Positions 8,299 through 17,642 of a stretch of 64,000 nt of DNA are shown piece after piece; the stretch's first letter is position 1; the number at the start of each line of letters is the position of its first letter. The DNA comes from Candidatus Woesearchaeota archaeon. Lineage in GTDB: Archaea > Nanobdellota > Nanobdellia > Woesearchaeales > JAAOYA01. The stretch lies in contig JAAOYA010000008.1 in the NCBI GenBank assembly GCA_018221105.1, positions 128,648 through 192,647 of the forward strand, in the 5' to 3' direction. The translations under genes were made by a program, and so were the position numbers. The notes beneath the pieces are model-generated. The model did not search any database and was not told where the DNA came from. It worked only from the letters and a program-made list of their open reading frames with translations.

Positions 8299-9033
8299 AT
8301 GAGACAACGAAAACAAAACAACGTAGTAAAACACTTGTTAGTAGTGTTAATAGTGGCTTTTTTAGCCTTGACAGTTAATGGATTGCCTTCAGGGCCAACG
8401 CTAACACATGTTGAAAACAGTACTAGTCCAAATTCTGGTACTGGAACCGAACGCTTGGCAGACCCAGGAGGTTACATTACAACACTATTGTTAAACACTT
8501 CACAACAAGTACAGAATTGGAAAGCGTACGTTGGAAACGTGACTGGAAAACTAACACTTGATGATAGCGATAACTGGACAATTTATGATTGGACAGGCAT
8601 TACTATTGTTGGAGAAGTCTACATAAGTCGCAACCAAACAGTACAGTGGACTACAGTAAATTGCACAAACACTACAGAAAAAGAAACAGAAGACACATTT
8701 ATTGGCAACAACGCGGCAAATGATGATAGTATCAACAAAACATTTTCAGCAACTACACACGCATCACTTACCGTAGCAGGAAGGCCAATACAAAACAGCA
8801 GTTGCTACTCAATAGCAACATACCTCATCGACAACGCGCAAACAATTAGTGAAGCATCACTATACCAAGAAATATTATTAAGCGATAATCTTGGAAATTT
8901 AGTGTACACAACACTACTTAACGACGACACCACTGGTTATAACAACGAATCGTACGACTTTCAAGCAATGGTTGCTGACTCACAAGCAGCAACAGCGATA
9001 ACGTACTATTTTTATGTTGAGTTAGGAAGTTAA
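8299..9033 (+). CDS. Secreted putative filament subunit, type B (B3)
   Basis: Signal peptide, LPSGP, WKAYVGNVTGKL, YYFYVELGS; closest to B1. Confidence 0.8.
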   Translation: MRQRKQNNVVKHLLVVLIVAFLALTVNGLPSGPTLTHVENSTSPNSGTGTERLADPGGYITTLLLNTSQQVQNWKAYVGNVTGKLTLDDSDNWTIYDWTGITIVGEVYISRNQTVQWTTVNCTNTTEKETEDTFIGNNAANDDSINKTFSATTHASLTVAGRPIQNSSCYSIATYLIDNAQTISEASLYQEILLSDNLGNLVYTTLLNDDTTGYNNESYDFQAMVADSQAATAITYYFYVELGS

Positions 9034-9047
9034 GGTACTGGTCGGTT

Positions 9048-9620
9048 TTAATATATTATGCCGATTAGTACCCGCCTAACACTTTCAAATCGCACTTTTT
9101 TTGGATCTGGCTGAGGGTTATTATCACCTTTGGTTATCGCATACCAACCATTCTCGTCTTGGCCGATTTTTATAACCCTGTGAATTATTATACTGTTCTT
9201 GTACTCGTAAGAAATAATGTCTCCTAATTGAATGTCAGACTCATTTTTTGGCACTATTTGCAGTGCGTTTGCTCCAATATCAATTACTGGATCCATTGAA
9301 TTAGTGTTTGAAAATGTTGACCATTGAGCGTTTGGCACGTCAATTATTATTTTGTCGTTTAAAACATGTATTTGGCCTTCGTTTACTCTATCGTGCGGAC
9401 TGATTTTTTCTTTTGCTGCTAATATTCCATCAAACAATATGCTTTTGCTTTGTTCTTGCAGGTTTTCCGCGTTCTCTATTGCTAGATAATCGGTAGTTAA
9501 TTGATCTTGATTTATGCTGTTTTGATGGTATAGTTCTTGACCTAATGCGCCAATTAATAGTCCTGTAACTAAAAAAAAGATTGCTAGTGCTAACTTTTCT
9601 ATTAAATTACCCCCAAACAT
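9048..9620 (-). CDS. Signal peptidase I, S26 Sec11/SipW type
   Basis: N-terminal TM; TNSMDP (Ser), GDIISY, IIHRV (His), TKGDNN..PD motifs. Confidence 0.85.
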   Translation of the reverse strand: MFGGNLIEKLALAIFFLVTGLLIGALGQELYHQNSINQDQLTTDYLAIENAENLQEQSKSILFDGILAAKEKISPHDRVNEGQIHVLNDKIIIDVPNAQWSTFSNTNSMDPVIDIGANALQIVPKNESDIQLGDIISYEYKNSIIIHRVIKIGQDENGWYAITKGDNNPQPDPKKVRFESVRRVLIGIIY

Positions 9621-9755
9621 ACGATTGGTAATGCTGTTTTAGTATATAAAACTATCTATAATTAACTACTAATCAGTGGTTAATTATTACTTGATATTGG
9701 CGCAGTGGTAGTTAATACAGTAAAATATTTAAAGGACAATACCAAAACACAACAT

Positions 9756-10124
9756 ATGACAACAATACTAATAGTTGATGACGAACCACACATGGTAGAA
9801 CTAGAAAAAGGAATCCTGGAAACAAACAATTACACAGTACTGTCGGCAACGAGCGGCGAAGAAGCACTAAAAGTTCTAGAAAAACAAACGCCAGATCTTA
9901 CAATACTTGACATGATGATGCCAGGAATGAGCGGACGCGAACTAGCAGAAAAAATACGCGCAAACACAAAAACAAAAAATCTGAAAATAATATTTGTCAC
10001 AGTTGCACGTTTTTCAGAAATCGGCAAAGAACTATTAAATGATTTAAGCGTACTAGATTATATAACAAAACCATTTGATAATCAAGACTTCTTAAAAAGG
10101 GTTAAAAAAGCACTAGCAAAGTAA
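9756..10124 (+). CDS. Stand-alone response regulator receiver
   Basis: ILIVDDE, LDMMMPGMSG, FVT, YITKPF. Confidence 0.9.
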   Translation: MTTILIVDDEPHMVELEKGILETNNYTVLSATSGEEALKVLEKQTPDLTILDMMMPGMSGRELAEKIRANTKTKNLKIIFVTVARFSEIGKELLNDLSVLDYITKPFDNQDFLKRVKKALAK

Positions 10125-10324
10125 CGCTCTTTCTTTAATCAACACCATTCTCATTCTATAATTAAACCAATCGTTATCTTAGCAACAATGTTAATTCTAT
10201 TATAAACCAGAAAATATCGAAAAAAGAAGAAAAAGACAAGAAAATAAAAAATATTATGCCGAAAGTAGAAGTTATTTATCCGAAAATAAAAATAAAGGAT
10301 AAAACTTTAAGATAAATTTAAATA

Positions 10325-11605
10325 ATGTCAATTCATAAAACAAATAGAAAAGAGGCGACATTAACATTGATTTTAAAAACACTCAGCGAAAATAGTCATA
10401 CAAATTTTAAAGAACAAATACTAGAAGCTTACGAAAGAATTCTTTTTCCGACAAAAATATACCAAAACTCAATTGATGACATACTATCAAAACTACCGCC
10501 ATCTTGCGATTCACTACTAGAAATTGGTTGTGGCACAGGATCACTATTAACAAAAGCAAGCAAAAAAAAAATCAATAATTTATACGGTATTGACGAAAAT
10601 CCACTAGTAATAAAACTAGCACGACAAAAAAATCCTACAAAAACAAACATTATTTGTGGCGACTTTCTTAAATATCAATTTCAACAAAAGTTTTCAACAA
10701 TAATAGCAAATAATTTGTTAAATGTTGTCCAAAGACCTCTGGATGTCCTAGAAAAAGCCTATAGTTTGTTGCAAGATGGCGGTCGTCTGCTGGTGTCAAC
10801 TCCAAAAAAAGATTTTTCACTTGACGAATTAACCCATCAATTAACAATCGAATTGCAAACAAAAAACTTAAGTCAATCAGAAAAAGAAGATTTTGAACTG
10901 ATAAAAAGATTTAATGAAAATCTTTCAAAAACTATGAATGTCTACTCTAAAGAAGAGTTAGAGAAAATACTATTGCAATTTATAGGATTTGAAAACGTTT
11001 CAGTGACACCAACATACGGTGACCAAAACAACTTATTTATTGCACTAAAAGAAAGTTGCAATCCAAAAATAAACTATTTTTGGGATAATCAAAATGAACA
11101 TTTAGAAAATATTAAAGAGCTTAGAAACTATTGTTTGCGAAACTTGCTTAGTGATTCTGAAAATATTCACTCTGAATATGATGATTCAGCACATCACTTT
11201 ATAGCCATCAAAGACGGCACAAAAACATTAGCGGGTGTTGTAAGCTTTATCGATTACACAATGTCAAAACAATTACCTATAGAAGAAATAGTGCGCATAG
11301 CTGATTTCATAAAATATGACAAAGCACTTATTGGAACATTATACAGCTGGTACGTGCTACCAACACACCAGCATTTAAAAATAGGTTCTCAACTAACAAA
11401 AGAAGGATTCCTACACGCAAAAAGAAAAGGATTAAAACAGCTCTTTTTGACTGGCAATCCTGAAGTGAGCAGTTACCTGGTAAACATTGGGTGTGAACAA
11501 ATAGGCAATCAGCAGAAATACAAACACTTAAACGCTGACTTCGTGCCTTTCATGCTAGAACTTGATAAATTAAAAGTTGAGGTATTGCAAAGATACGCTG
11601 CTTGA
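10325..11605 (+). CDS. Class I SAM methyltransferase fused to a GNAT-fold acyltransferase-like domain
   Basis: LLEIGCGTG and LQDGGRLLV; C-terminal half has LR...SEYDDSAHHF...GVVSF...LPIEE and YVLPTHQHLKIGSQL (acyl-CoA loop-like). Confidence 0.7.
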   Translation: MSIHKTNRKEATLTLILKTLSENSHTNFKEQILEAYERILFPTKIYQNSIDDILSKLPPSCDSLLEIGCGTGSLLTKASKKKINNLYGIDENPLVIKLARQKNPTKTNIICGDFLKYQFQQKFSTIIANNLLNVVQRPLDVLEKAYSLLQDGGRLLVSTPKKDFSLDELTHQLTIELQTKNLSQSEKEDFELIKRFNENLSKTMNVYSKEELEKILLQFIGFENVSVTPTYGDQNNLFIALKESCNPKINYFWDNQNEHLENIKELRNYCLRNLLSDSENIHSEYDDSAHHFIAIKDGTKTLAGVVSFIDYTMSKQLPIEEIVRIADFIKYDKALIGTLYSWYVLPTHQHLKIGSQLTKEGFLHAKRKGLKQLFLTGNPEVSSYLVNIGCEQIGNQQKYKHLNADFVPFMLELDKLKVEVLQRYAA

Positions 11606-12405
11606 AAATGATTCTTTCATATGAAGAAGCCTACTCTAGAAACTATCCACTTATAAATCTAGAGGAACAAGAAATCCTAAAAGAATCAACAGTAGCTATT
11701 ATGGGCCTTGGGGGTGTTGGCGGCATTCAAGCGGTCTCCCTCGCGAGAACAGGTATTGAAAACTTTAGAATCGCAGACCCTCAAAGTTTTCAGGCCAGTG
11801 ATCTTAACCGCCAGTACGGTGCAAAAAAAAGTACTTTAGAAAAAAATAAAGCTTTGGTTATGAAGAAATTGTTAGAAGATATTAACCCTTTTGCCAATGT
11901 AATCGCTTTTTGCGAGTCCGACTATTCGTTAGATGATTTGCTTGAAGAAGCTGATGTGGTGATTGATGCGATGGAATACTTTGGTTTTGACAAAAAAATG
12001 GAGCTATTTAGAAAAGCCAGAGAAAAAAACTTGTACACGCTCTCAGGCCCCATACCGCTCACAAGCGCGGCATTATTTATTTTTTCACCTAATGGTATGA
12101 CTGCCCAAGACTATTTTAGGGCGCCAAAAGACCTAAGCGGATGGCCTGATTATAAAATACCAATTGAAAGATTTTATCCACAAAAAATGTCTCCCGCGCT
12201 TGAAAAAAGATTTGAACAAGTCGTGCAAGGAAAAGCTTCCATTCCCACGCTTTCAACAACAGCAACAATTTCAAGCGGCCTGCTAGCATATAACACCATC
12301 AAAATACTCATTGGAAAAACTGATGACTTGATTGTCGTACCTGACATGACATTGATTGATTTAGAAAATCCTAACTTAAAAAGCGTTGTTCACAATCCTC
12401 CATAA
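11602..12405 (+). CDS. ThiF/HesA/MoeB-family adenylyltransferase
   Basis: YSRN...EEQEIL...VAIMGLGGVG, SDLNRQ, VIDAME; 4-bp overlap with the upstream gene. Confidence 0.85.
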   Translation: MKMILSYEEAYSRNYPLINLEEQEILKESTVAIMGLGGVGGIQAVSLARTGIENFRIADPQSFQASDLNRQYGAKKSTLEKNKALVMKKLLEDINPFANVIAFCESDYSLDDLLEEADVVIDAMEYFGFDKKMELFRKAREKNLYTLSGPIPLTSAALFIFSPNGMTAQDYFRAPKDLSGWPDYKIPIERFYPQKMSPALEKRFEQVVQGKASIPTLSTTATISSGLLAYNTIKILIGKTDDLIVVPDMTLIDLENPNLKSVVHNPP

Positions 12406-12410
12406 AACTA

Positions 12411-13058
12411 TTATTTTTTTGTAAACCACTTGCTAAGCTCAATCTCTGTTGGCCGAAGCGATACATTAGGAAGTTGCGCTTTTATAAAATCATCATCAGT
12501 AGAAAACTTTTCTCTTTCTTTTATTTCAATAACACATTTATTCTTGCCCATTACCACGCAAGTCCTTTCGACTGCTACCATATCAGCATTGAATAATTCT
12601 CTGGCCACACCGCCCAAAAGTCCTCGCAAGTACATGTCAACAGGCATTTTTTGAATGCCAAATATTTGACGGTAATTCAAAGCAAAAGGGCTTGTAGGAT
12701 TTTCTATAATCATAACTTTTCTTTTTTCATCAAGTCTAGTAAGTATTAATTGGCCAAGCCCTAATAATGGTCCTTGGTTAATTAAAGGATCAATTATTTT
12801 TTTAGAGTCTATTTTATAACCAAACTTCTTTGAGAGTAATCTAACAGACTGTATTCCCTGATTTTCTCCGACAAAATAAAGAATGCTATCAGAATCTTTT
12901 TTACCAATTTTTTCTTCAAATAATTTAATTAAAAAACCCCAAGTGACTAATGGCAAAAAAATACCGCTAATGCCCATAAGTTTAATTTCTCCACTGTCCA
13001 AAAATTGTAATTGTTTGAGTCCTACAACCCTTTGTATCATACTCGTGTGTTTGTCCAT
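12411..13058 (-). CDS. V4R (4-vinyl reductase)-domain ligand-binding protein
   Basis: LGLGQL, ENPTSPFA, RGLLGG, ERTCVVMGKNKCVIEI. Confidence 0.8.
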   Translation of the reverse strand: MDKHTSMIQRVVGLKQLQFLDSGEIKLMGISGIFLPLVTWGFLIKLFEEKIGKKDSDSILYFVGENQGIQSVRLLSKKFGYKIDSKKIIDPLINQGPLLGLGQLILTRLDEKRKVMIIENPTSPFALNYRQIFGIQKMPVDMYLRGLLGGVARELFNADMVAVERTCVVMGKNKCVIEIKEREKFSTDDDFIKAQLPNVSLRPTEIELSKWFTKK

Positions 13059-13134
13059 CAAAAAAACCCTTTATAAAAACAATAAGAAAATTAGATGTGT
13101 TATATTTAAACCTTGCTTATACTAGTAAAAAAAA

Positions 13135-13833
13135 CTATTTTAGTGTATGAACTGTCAAACCAGTTTTAGAAATTTCTAGAGGGTGAATATCTTCATCGTT
13201 TTTTACTTTTCTCATTTTCCTGATTATAAGACTTCTAGAGTAATCCCTGCCAAGCGATTCGTAAAGTATGTGTATTATTCCATCAGCAATGAACTCTGAA
13301 ACTTCATCAGTTGACAAGTGCTTCTCACTTGTAGTCTGGCCTATAAGCAAAGTTGTAGTATCTGCAAAATCTCGCAAGTCTTCTAAAAACTGGTGCAAAA
13401 ATCTTTTGATTGCGAAATCAGTAATTTCTGTTACCTTATTATGAATTGTTGGAATCGATAAGGCTAAAGTCGATATTGAATCAATCACTAAACGCTTAAT
13501 TTTTTCTTTTTTTACAAAATTAACAATTTCTTTTAATGTAGCATTAGTTATTGTTTTTGAAGAAATGTGTTGTATGTGCAAAATGTTTTTTTTCTCAAGC
13601 TTTTCAAGGTCCCAACCAAACTGCATAGCTTGTTCGGCAATATTAGATTTTGGCTCTTCAAAAGTTATGAAAAGACCTTTTTCATCATTAAGAGCTCCCC
13701 TATATAAGTATTCCAGCCCAAAAATTGTTTTTCCAGTACCTGGAGTTCCGCTAACCAATACAATCGAACCTGTTGGAATCCCACCATTTAATAAATCATC
13801 AAAACCTTTAATTCCTGTTTTTGTTTTATTCAT
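13135..13833 (-). CDS. KaiC/RAD55-like single-domain ATPase
   Basis: KTGIKGFDDLLNGG, GTPGTGKT, FEE, RLVIDS, EFIADGII, IRKMR. Confidence 0.9.
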   Translation of the reverse strand: MNKTKTGIKGFDDLLNGGIPTGSIVLVSGTPGTGKTIFGLEYLYRGALNDEKGLFITFEEPKSNIAEQAMQFGWDLEKLEKKNILHIQHISSKTITNATLKEIVNFVKKEKIKRLVIDSISTLALSIPTIHNKVTEITDFAIKRFLHQFLEDLRDFADTTTLLIGQTTSEKHLSTDEVSEFIADGIIHILYESLGRDYSRSLIIRKMRKVKNDEDIHPLEISKTGLTVHTLK

Positions 13834-14122
13834 TTTTTACAGTATAAACGTACATTGTTTTATCTTTTGAATCTATTTTCTGAAATTTTGCCTTTGAAGT
13901 ATTTTTAAGCTTTGAGCGCATATTTTTAGGTATTAGAAAGTACATCGTCGCTTCATTTTTTCCTCTTTGGACTACATTGGTTTCTATTTGCTCAGCATTA
14001 TCAGACAGTAAGTATATGTTATCGACTAAACCTTTAAGTTGTAGTGCTTCTTCTTGGTCAACACATATCTCAAAAATTATTTTTCTGTCATCACGAACTT
14101 TTGAACTGATTATTGATCCCAT
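13826..14122 (-). CDS. Small hypothetical protein coupled to the KaiC-like gene
   Basis: 98-aa ORF overlapping the KaiC-like start; RGKNEATMYFLIPKNMR resembles an AbrB-type strand. Confidence 0.6.
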   Translation of the reverse strand: MGSIISSKVRDDRKIIFEICVDQEEALQLKGLVDNIYLLSDNAEQIETNVVQRGKNEATMYFLIPKNMRSKLKNTSKAKFQKIDSKDKTMYVYTVKNE

Positions 14123-14204
14123 TTTATTTCCTTCAATCCTTTTTTCAAAATCTATTTATAAGCTTTTGTGTAATTATAATATTTCTCGTGCATCCAAGTA
14201 CTTT

Positions 14205-14744
14205 CTAATTATAAAACAATTCTTCATCGGCAAGCATTCGCAAATCATTAACTAAACACCTGTTTTCTTCTTCTTTTATTCCTAAATCTTTTATTACAAT
14301 ATATATATTGACTGTATTTTCAAACTCATCTTTAGATAATAAATTGTGAGTGAATTTTAGAATATCCTGTTTTTTTTCATACATTAATAAAACTGATACG
14401 GTATCAAATAATAGCATAGAACATTTTTTTTCCTTGATAGCTTTTTTTATAGACTTTTCTAAAGCAATGACTGTTGGAGAGGATATTAAGGTAGCATTCT
14501 CTGTTGAAACCATGCTTTTTTGAATCTTTGTTACAGCATCAATAAAATAAAAATTTTTAGTTGATACTCCTTCACTTTTGAAATCCTCAATCACTTCCAT
14601 GTAAGGTCTTGCCAGACAAACATAACAAATTATGTGTTTTTGATTAAATTTTTGCACTATTTTGTTCAAATGCTTATAGTAATTTTTTTCAGAAGTCATA
14701 AGTAATGAAAATTTTTTAGTATTATTGATTTGTACCAATGCCAT
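14205..14744 (-). CDS. Degenerate (inactive) KaiC/RecA-fold protein
   Basis: CYVCLARP, FYFIDAVT, LLFDTVSVLLMY; no Walker A; paralogue of 22550-23071. Confidence 0.65.
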   Translation of the reverse strand: MALVQINNTKKFSLLMTSEKNYYKHLNKIVQKFNQKHIICYVCLARPYMEVIEDFKSEGVSTKNFYFIDAVTKIQKSMVSTENATLISSPTVIALEKSIKKAIKEKKCSMLLFDTVSVLLMYEKKQDILKFTHNLLSKDEFENTVNIYIVIKDLGIKEEENRCLVNDLRMLADEELFYN

Positions 14745-14971
14745 AAATTAACCTCTAAAATATATCAGTGTAGTAGTAGACAAAAATCTAGTATTTATAG
14801 TTTTGCAATCATTTATCCTAGAAAAAAAATAATGGATAAAAAAAGATGTTTCTGTGCAATATATACTTAAGATAATTTTAAAGCAAAAAGTTTATATACG
14901 CGTTTTTCGAATAATAATGTAATTATTGCATAAATGGTTGTTTGCAAATAAAAAAGTAAAAAGAGGGCATC

Positions 14972-16630
14972 ATGGTAAAAGAATTTTTAAAAAACCATAT
15001 AGATAATAAAATACAACAATACCTCGACATTGTAGAAGTAATGATTCTTGTTCTTGACAAAAAAGGAAAAATAGAATTTATTAACAAAAAAGGCTGTCAA
15101 ATTCTTGGCTACAGTGAAAAAAAACTTCTTGGCCATGATTGGTTTTTGTTAATCCCAAAAAAACAACGCTCAATGATAAAATCAACTTTTAATAAAATAA
15201 TCAATAAACAGGTTAAACCTTACGAATATTTTGAAAATCAAGTATTAACAAAAAATGGTAAAGAAAAAACCATCAAATGGCACAACTCAGTATTGTATGA
15301 TGAAAAGAATAATGTTATTGGAACTTTAAGCGCTGGCGAGGATATTACAAAGAAAAAAAATTCAGAAAAAAAATGGATGGAAAGTCAAACAAACTATCAC
15401 ATACTATTGCAAACAGCCAATGACGCAATATTTATTGCAGACGCAAAAACAGGAATCATTTTAGAAATTAATAAAAAAGCAGAAGAACTCACAGGCAAAA
15501 CTAGAGAAGAACTCATAGGGCTTCACCAATCAAAACTACACTCTAAAACTGATGCAAAAAATGTCATAAAACAATTTAAAGCATCAATAGAACACAAAAA
15601 AAACATTGTAACAGGTATTTACGTAAAGCACGAAAATGGTTCTTTAATTCCTGTTGAAATTAGCTCAAGCATAACAACTTATAACGGCAAACAAGTAGCG
15701 CAAGGAATTTTTCGAGATATTAGTGAAAGAAAAAAAACAGAAAAACAATTGATTGAAAGTGAAAAAAACTTGAAGCGAGCACAGGAACTAACGCACATTG
15801 GAAGTTGGCAGTTGGATATAGTGCATGATAAACTTATATGGTCTGATGAAATTTATCGCATATTTGGACTTAAACCGCAAGAGTTTAAAGCAACTTACAA
15901 AGAGTTTTTGGAAAGAATACATCCAGAAGACAGGGGAAAAGTTAACAAAGCTTACTCTGATTCTCTGAAAAACAAGACCTCTTACCAAATTGATCATAGA
16001 ATAGTCTTGGCAAACGGAAAAGAACGTATTGTGCTCGAAAGGTGTGAGACAGAATATGATAAAGCAGGAAAACCGTATATTTCCACAGGAACTGTTCAAG
16101 ATATAACAGAACAAAAAAAAGCAGAATTAAAAGTAAAAGAAAGTGAAGAAAAACTCGCAGGATTATTCGAAAATATGACTAATGGTTTTGCCTATCATAA
16201 AATAATTGTTGATGAAAAAAATAGTCCTGTAGACTATGTCTTTTTGGAAGCTAACAAAGCTTTCGAAAATCAAACAGGCCTCAAAAGAAAAAAAATAATT
16301 GGTAAAACTGTTACAAAAGTTATTCCAGGAATAAAAAATGCAAACCCAGACCTTATCAGCATTTATGGTAATGTTGCATTGACAGGCAACGATGAAAAAC
16401 TAGAAGTTTATTTTGCTCCATTTAAAAGATGGTATTCAATTACAGTTTACTCTCCAAGAAAGAATTATTTTGCAACAGTTTTTGATGATATAACAAAAAG
16501 AAAAATAGCTGAAGAAAGTTTGAAACTCAAAGTAAAAGAATTAGAAGAATTCAACAAAATAGTTGTTGACAGAGAATTAAAAATGATGGAATTAAAAGAT
16601 CAACTTACAAAAATGAAAAATGAAAAATGA
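14972..16630 (+). CDS. Cytoplasmic multi-PAS sensor (four PAS/PAC domains) with no catalytic output
   Basis: Four PAC ends (EDITKKK, RDISERK, QDITEQK, DDITKRK); ends in the VVDRELKMMELK helix. Confidence 0.85.
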   Translation: MVKEFLKNHIDNKIQQYLDIVEVMILVLDKKGKIEFINKKGCQILGYSEKKLLGHDWFLLIPKKQRSMIKSTFNKIINKQVKPYEYFENQVLTKNGKEKTIKWHNSVLYDEKNNVIGTLSAGEDITKKKNSEKKWMESQTNYHILLQTANDAIFIADAKTGIILEINKKAEELTGKTREELIGLHQSKLHSKTDAKNVIKQFKASIEHKKNIVTGIYVKHENGSLIPVEISSSITTYNGKQVAQGIFRDISERKKTEKQLIESEKNLKRAQELTHIGSWQLDIVHDKLIWSDEIYRIFGLKPQEFKATYKEFLERIHPEDRGKVNKAYSDSLKNKTSYQIDHRIVLANGKERIVLERCETEYDKAGKPYISTGTVQDITEQKKAELKVKESEEKLAGLFENMTNGFAYHKIIVDEKNSPVDYVFLEANKAFENQTGLKRKKIIGKTVTKVIPGIKNANPDLISIYGNVALTGNDEKLEVYFAPFKRWYSITVYSPRKNYFATVFDDITKRKIAEESLKLKVKELEEFNKIVVDRELKMMELKDQLTKMKNEK

Positions 16631-17618
16631 AAACAAAAAAATAACAATATGTGTTGGGCTTTTGCTGATTAGTTTTATGTTGACAGCTTGTGCAGTGCAA
16701 GAAAAACAAACAGAATTACAAGATGTCAATTTAAAGCTTAAATGGTTGCACCAATCACAGTTTGCAGGAAATTATGTTGCCAAAAACAAGGGTTTTTATG
16801 AGCAAGAAGGTTTGAATGTGACAATAGAACCTTTTTCTTTTGAAAATCCGACAATTGAAACTGTAATAACAGGTAATGCTGATTTTGGCATTACATCAGC
16901 TAATGAATTAATGCTGGCAAAAGCACAAGGGTTGCCTTTAAAAGCATTCGCAGTTATTTTTAAGATTTCTCCTGATTGCGCATACTCTTTAAAAGATAGT
17001 AATATTACAAAGCCACAAGACTTTGTAGGAAAAACAATCGGTATAGAACCAGGTGTTAGTGGAGAAAAACTATACTATCTTATGACAAAAAGATTAAACA
17101 TTGATAGAACCAATATAAAAGAAGTATACATTGGTTATGATGCAACAGAGTTACTTAATGGCACTACGGATGTATCATTAGGATATATTATTAATGAACC
17201 GCACCAAGTAATAGAAAGCGGTCATGAAGTAAACACGATTTTATTTGCAGATTACGGTATTAACACTTATGCTGATGTTTTGTTTGCGACAGAAGAAACA
17301 ATCAATGATAAACCTGAACTTGTTGAAAAGTTCTTAAGAGCGACTTTAGAAGGGTGGCGCTATGCAATTGAAAATGAGGGTGAAACTGTTGACATTGTTC
17401 TGCAGTACGCGACTGATAGAACTAAAAGTCACGAAGCATACATGTTAAATCAAGCGATTCCATTGATACATACAGGAAAATCACCAATTGGAGTCATGGA
17501 AAAAAAAGAATGGGAAAATGTACAAAATATTTTGTTAGAACAGAATATGTTAACAGAAAAAATTTTCATAGAAGAAATTTACACTAATGAATTTGTGCTA
17601 AAAATTTATGAACAATAA
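16620..17618 (+). CDS. NMT1/THI5-like substrate-binding lipoprotein
   Basis: LTAC lipobox; LKWLHQSQFAGNYVAKNKGFYEQEGLNV; FLRATLEGWRYA. Confidence 0.85.
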   Translation: MKNENKKITICVGLLLISFMLTACAVQEKQTELQDVNLKLKWLHQSQFAGNYVAKNKGFYEQEGLNVTIEPFSFENPTIETVITGNADFGITSANELMLAKAQGLPLKAFAVIFKISPDCAYSLKDSNITKPQDFVGKTIGIEPGVSGEKLYYLMTKRLNIDRTNIKEVYIGYDATELLNGTTDVSLGYIINEPHQVIESGHEVNTILFADYGINTYADVLFATEETINDKPELVEKFLRATLEGWRYAIENEGETVDIVLQYATDRTKSHEAYMLNQAIPLIHTGKSPIGVMEKKEWENVQNILLEQNMLTEKIFIEEIYTNEFVLKIYEQ

Positions 17619-17642
17619 TAAGAGTTATAAGGGTTTGATAAA

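Noticed and set aside
3578..9033. Type IV pilins or archaellins
   Set aside because: The hydrophobic stretch is followed by an SPase I-like A/G cleavage site, not preceded by a class III K/R-G-[QAF] site; no PilB/TadC or prepilin peptidase in the window.
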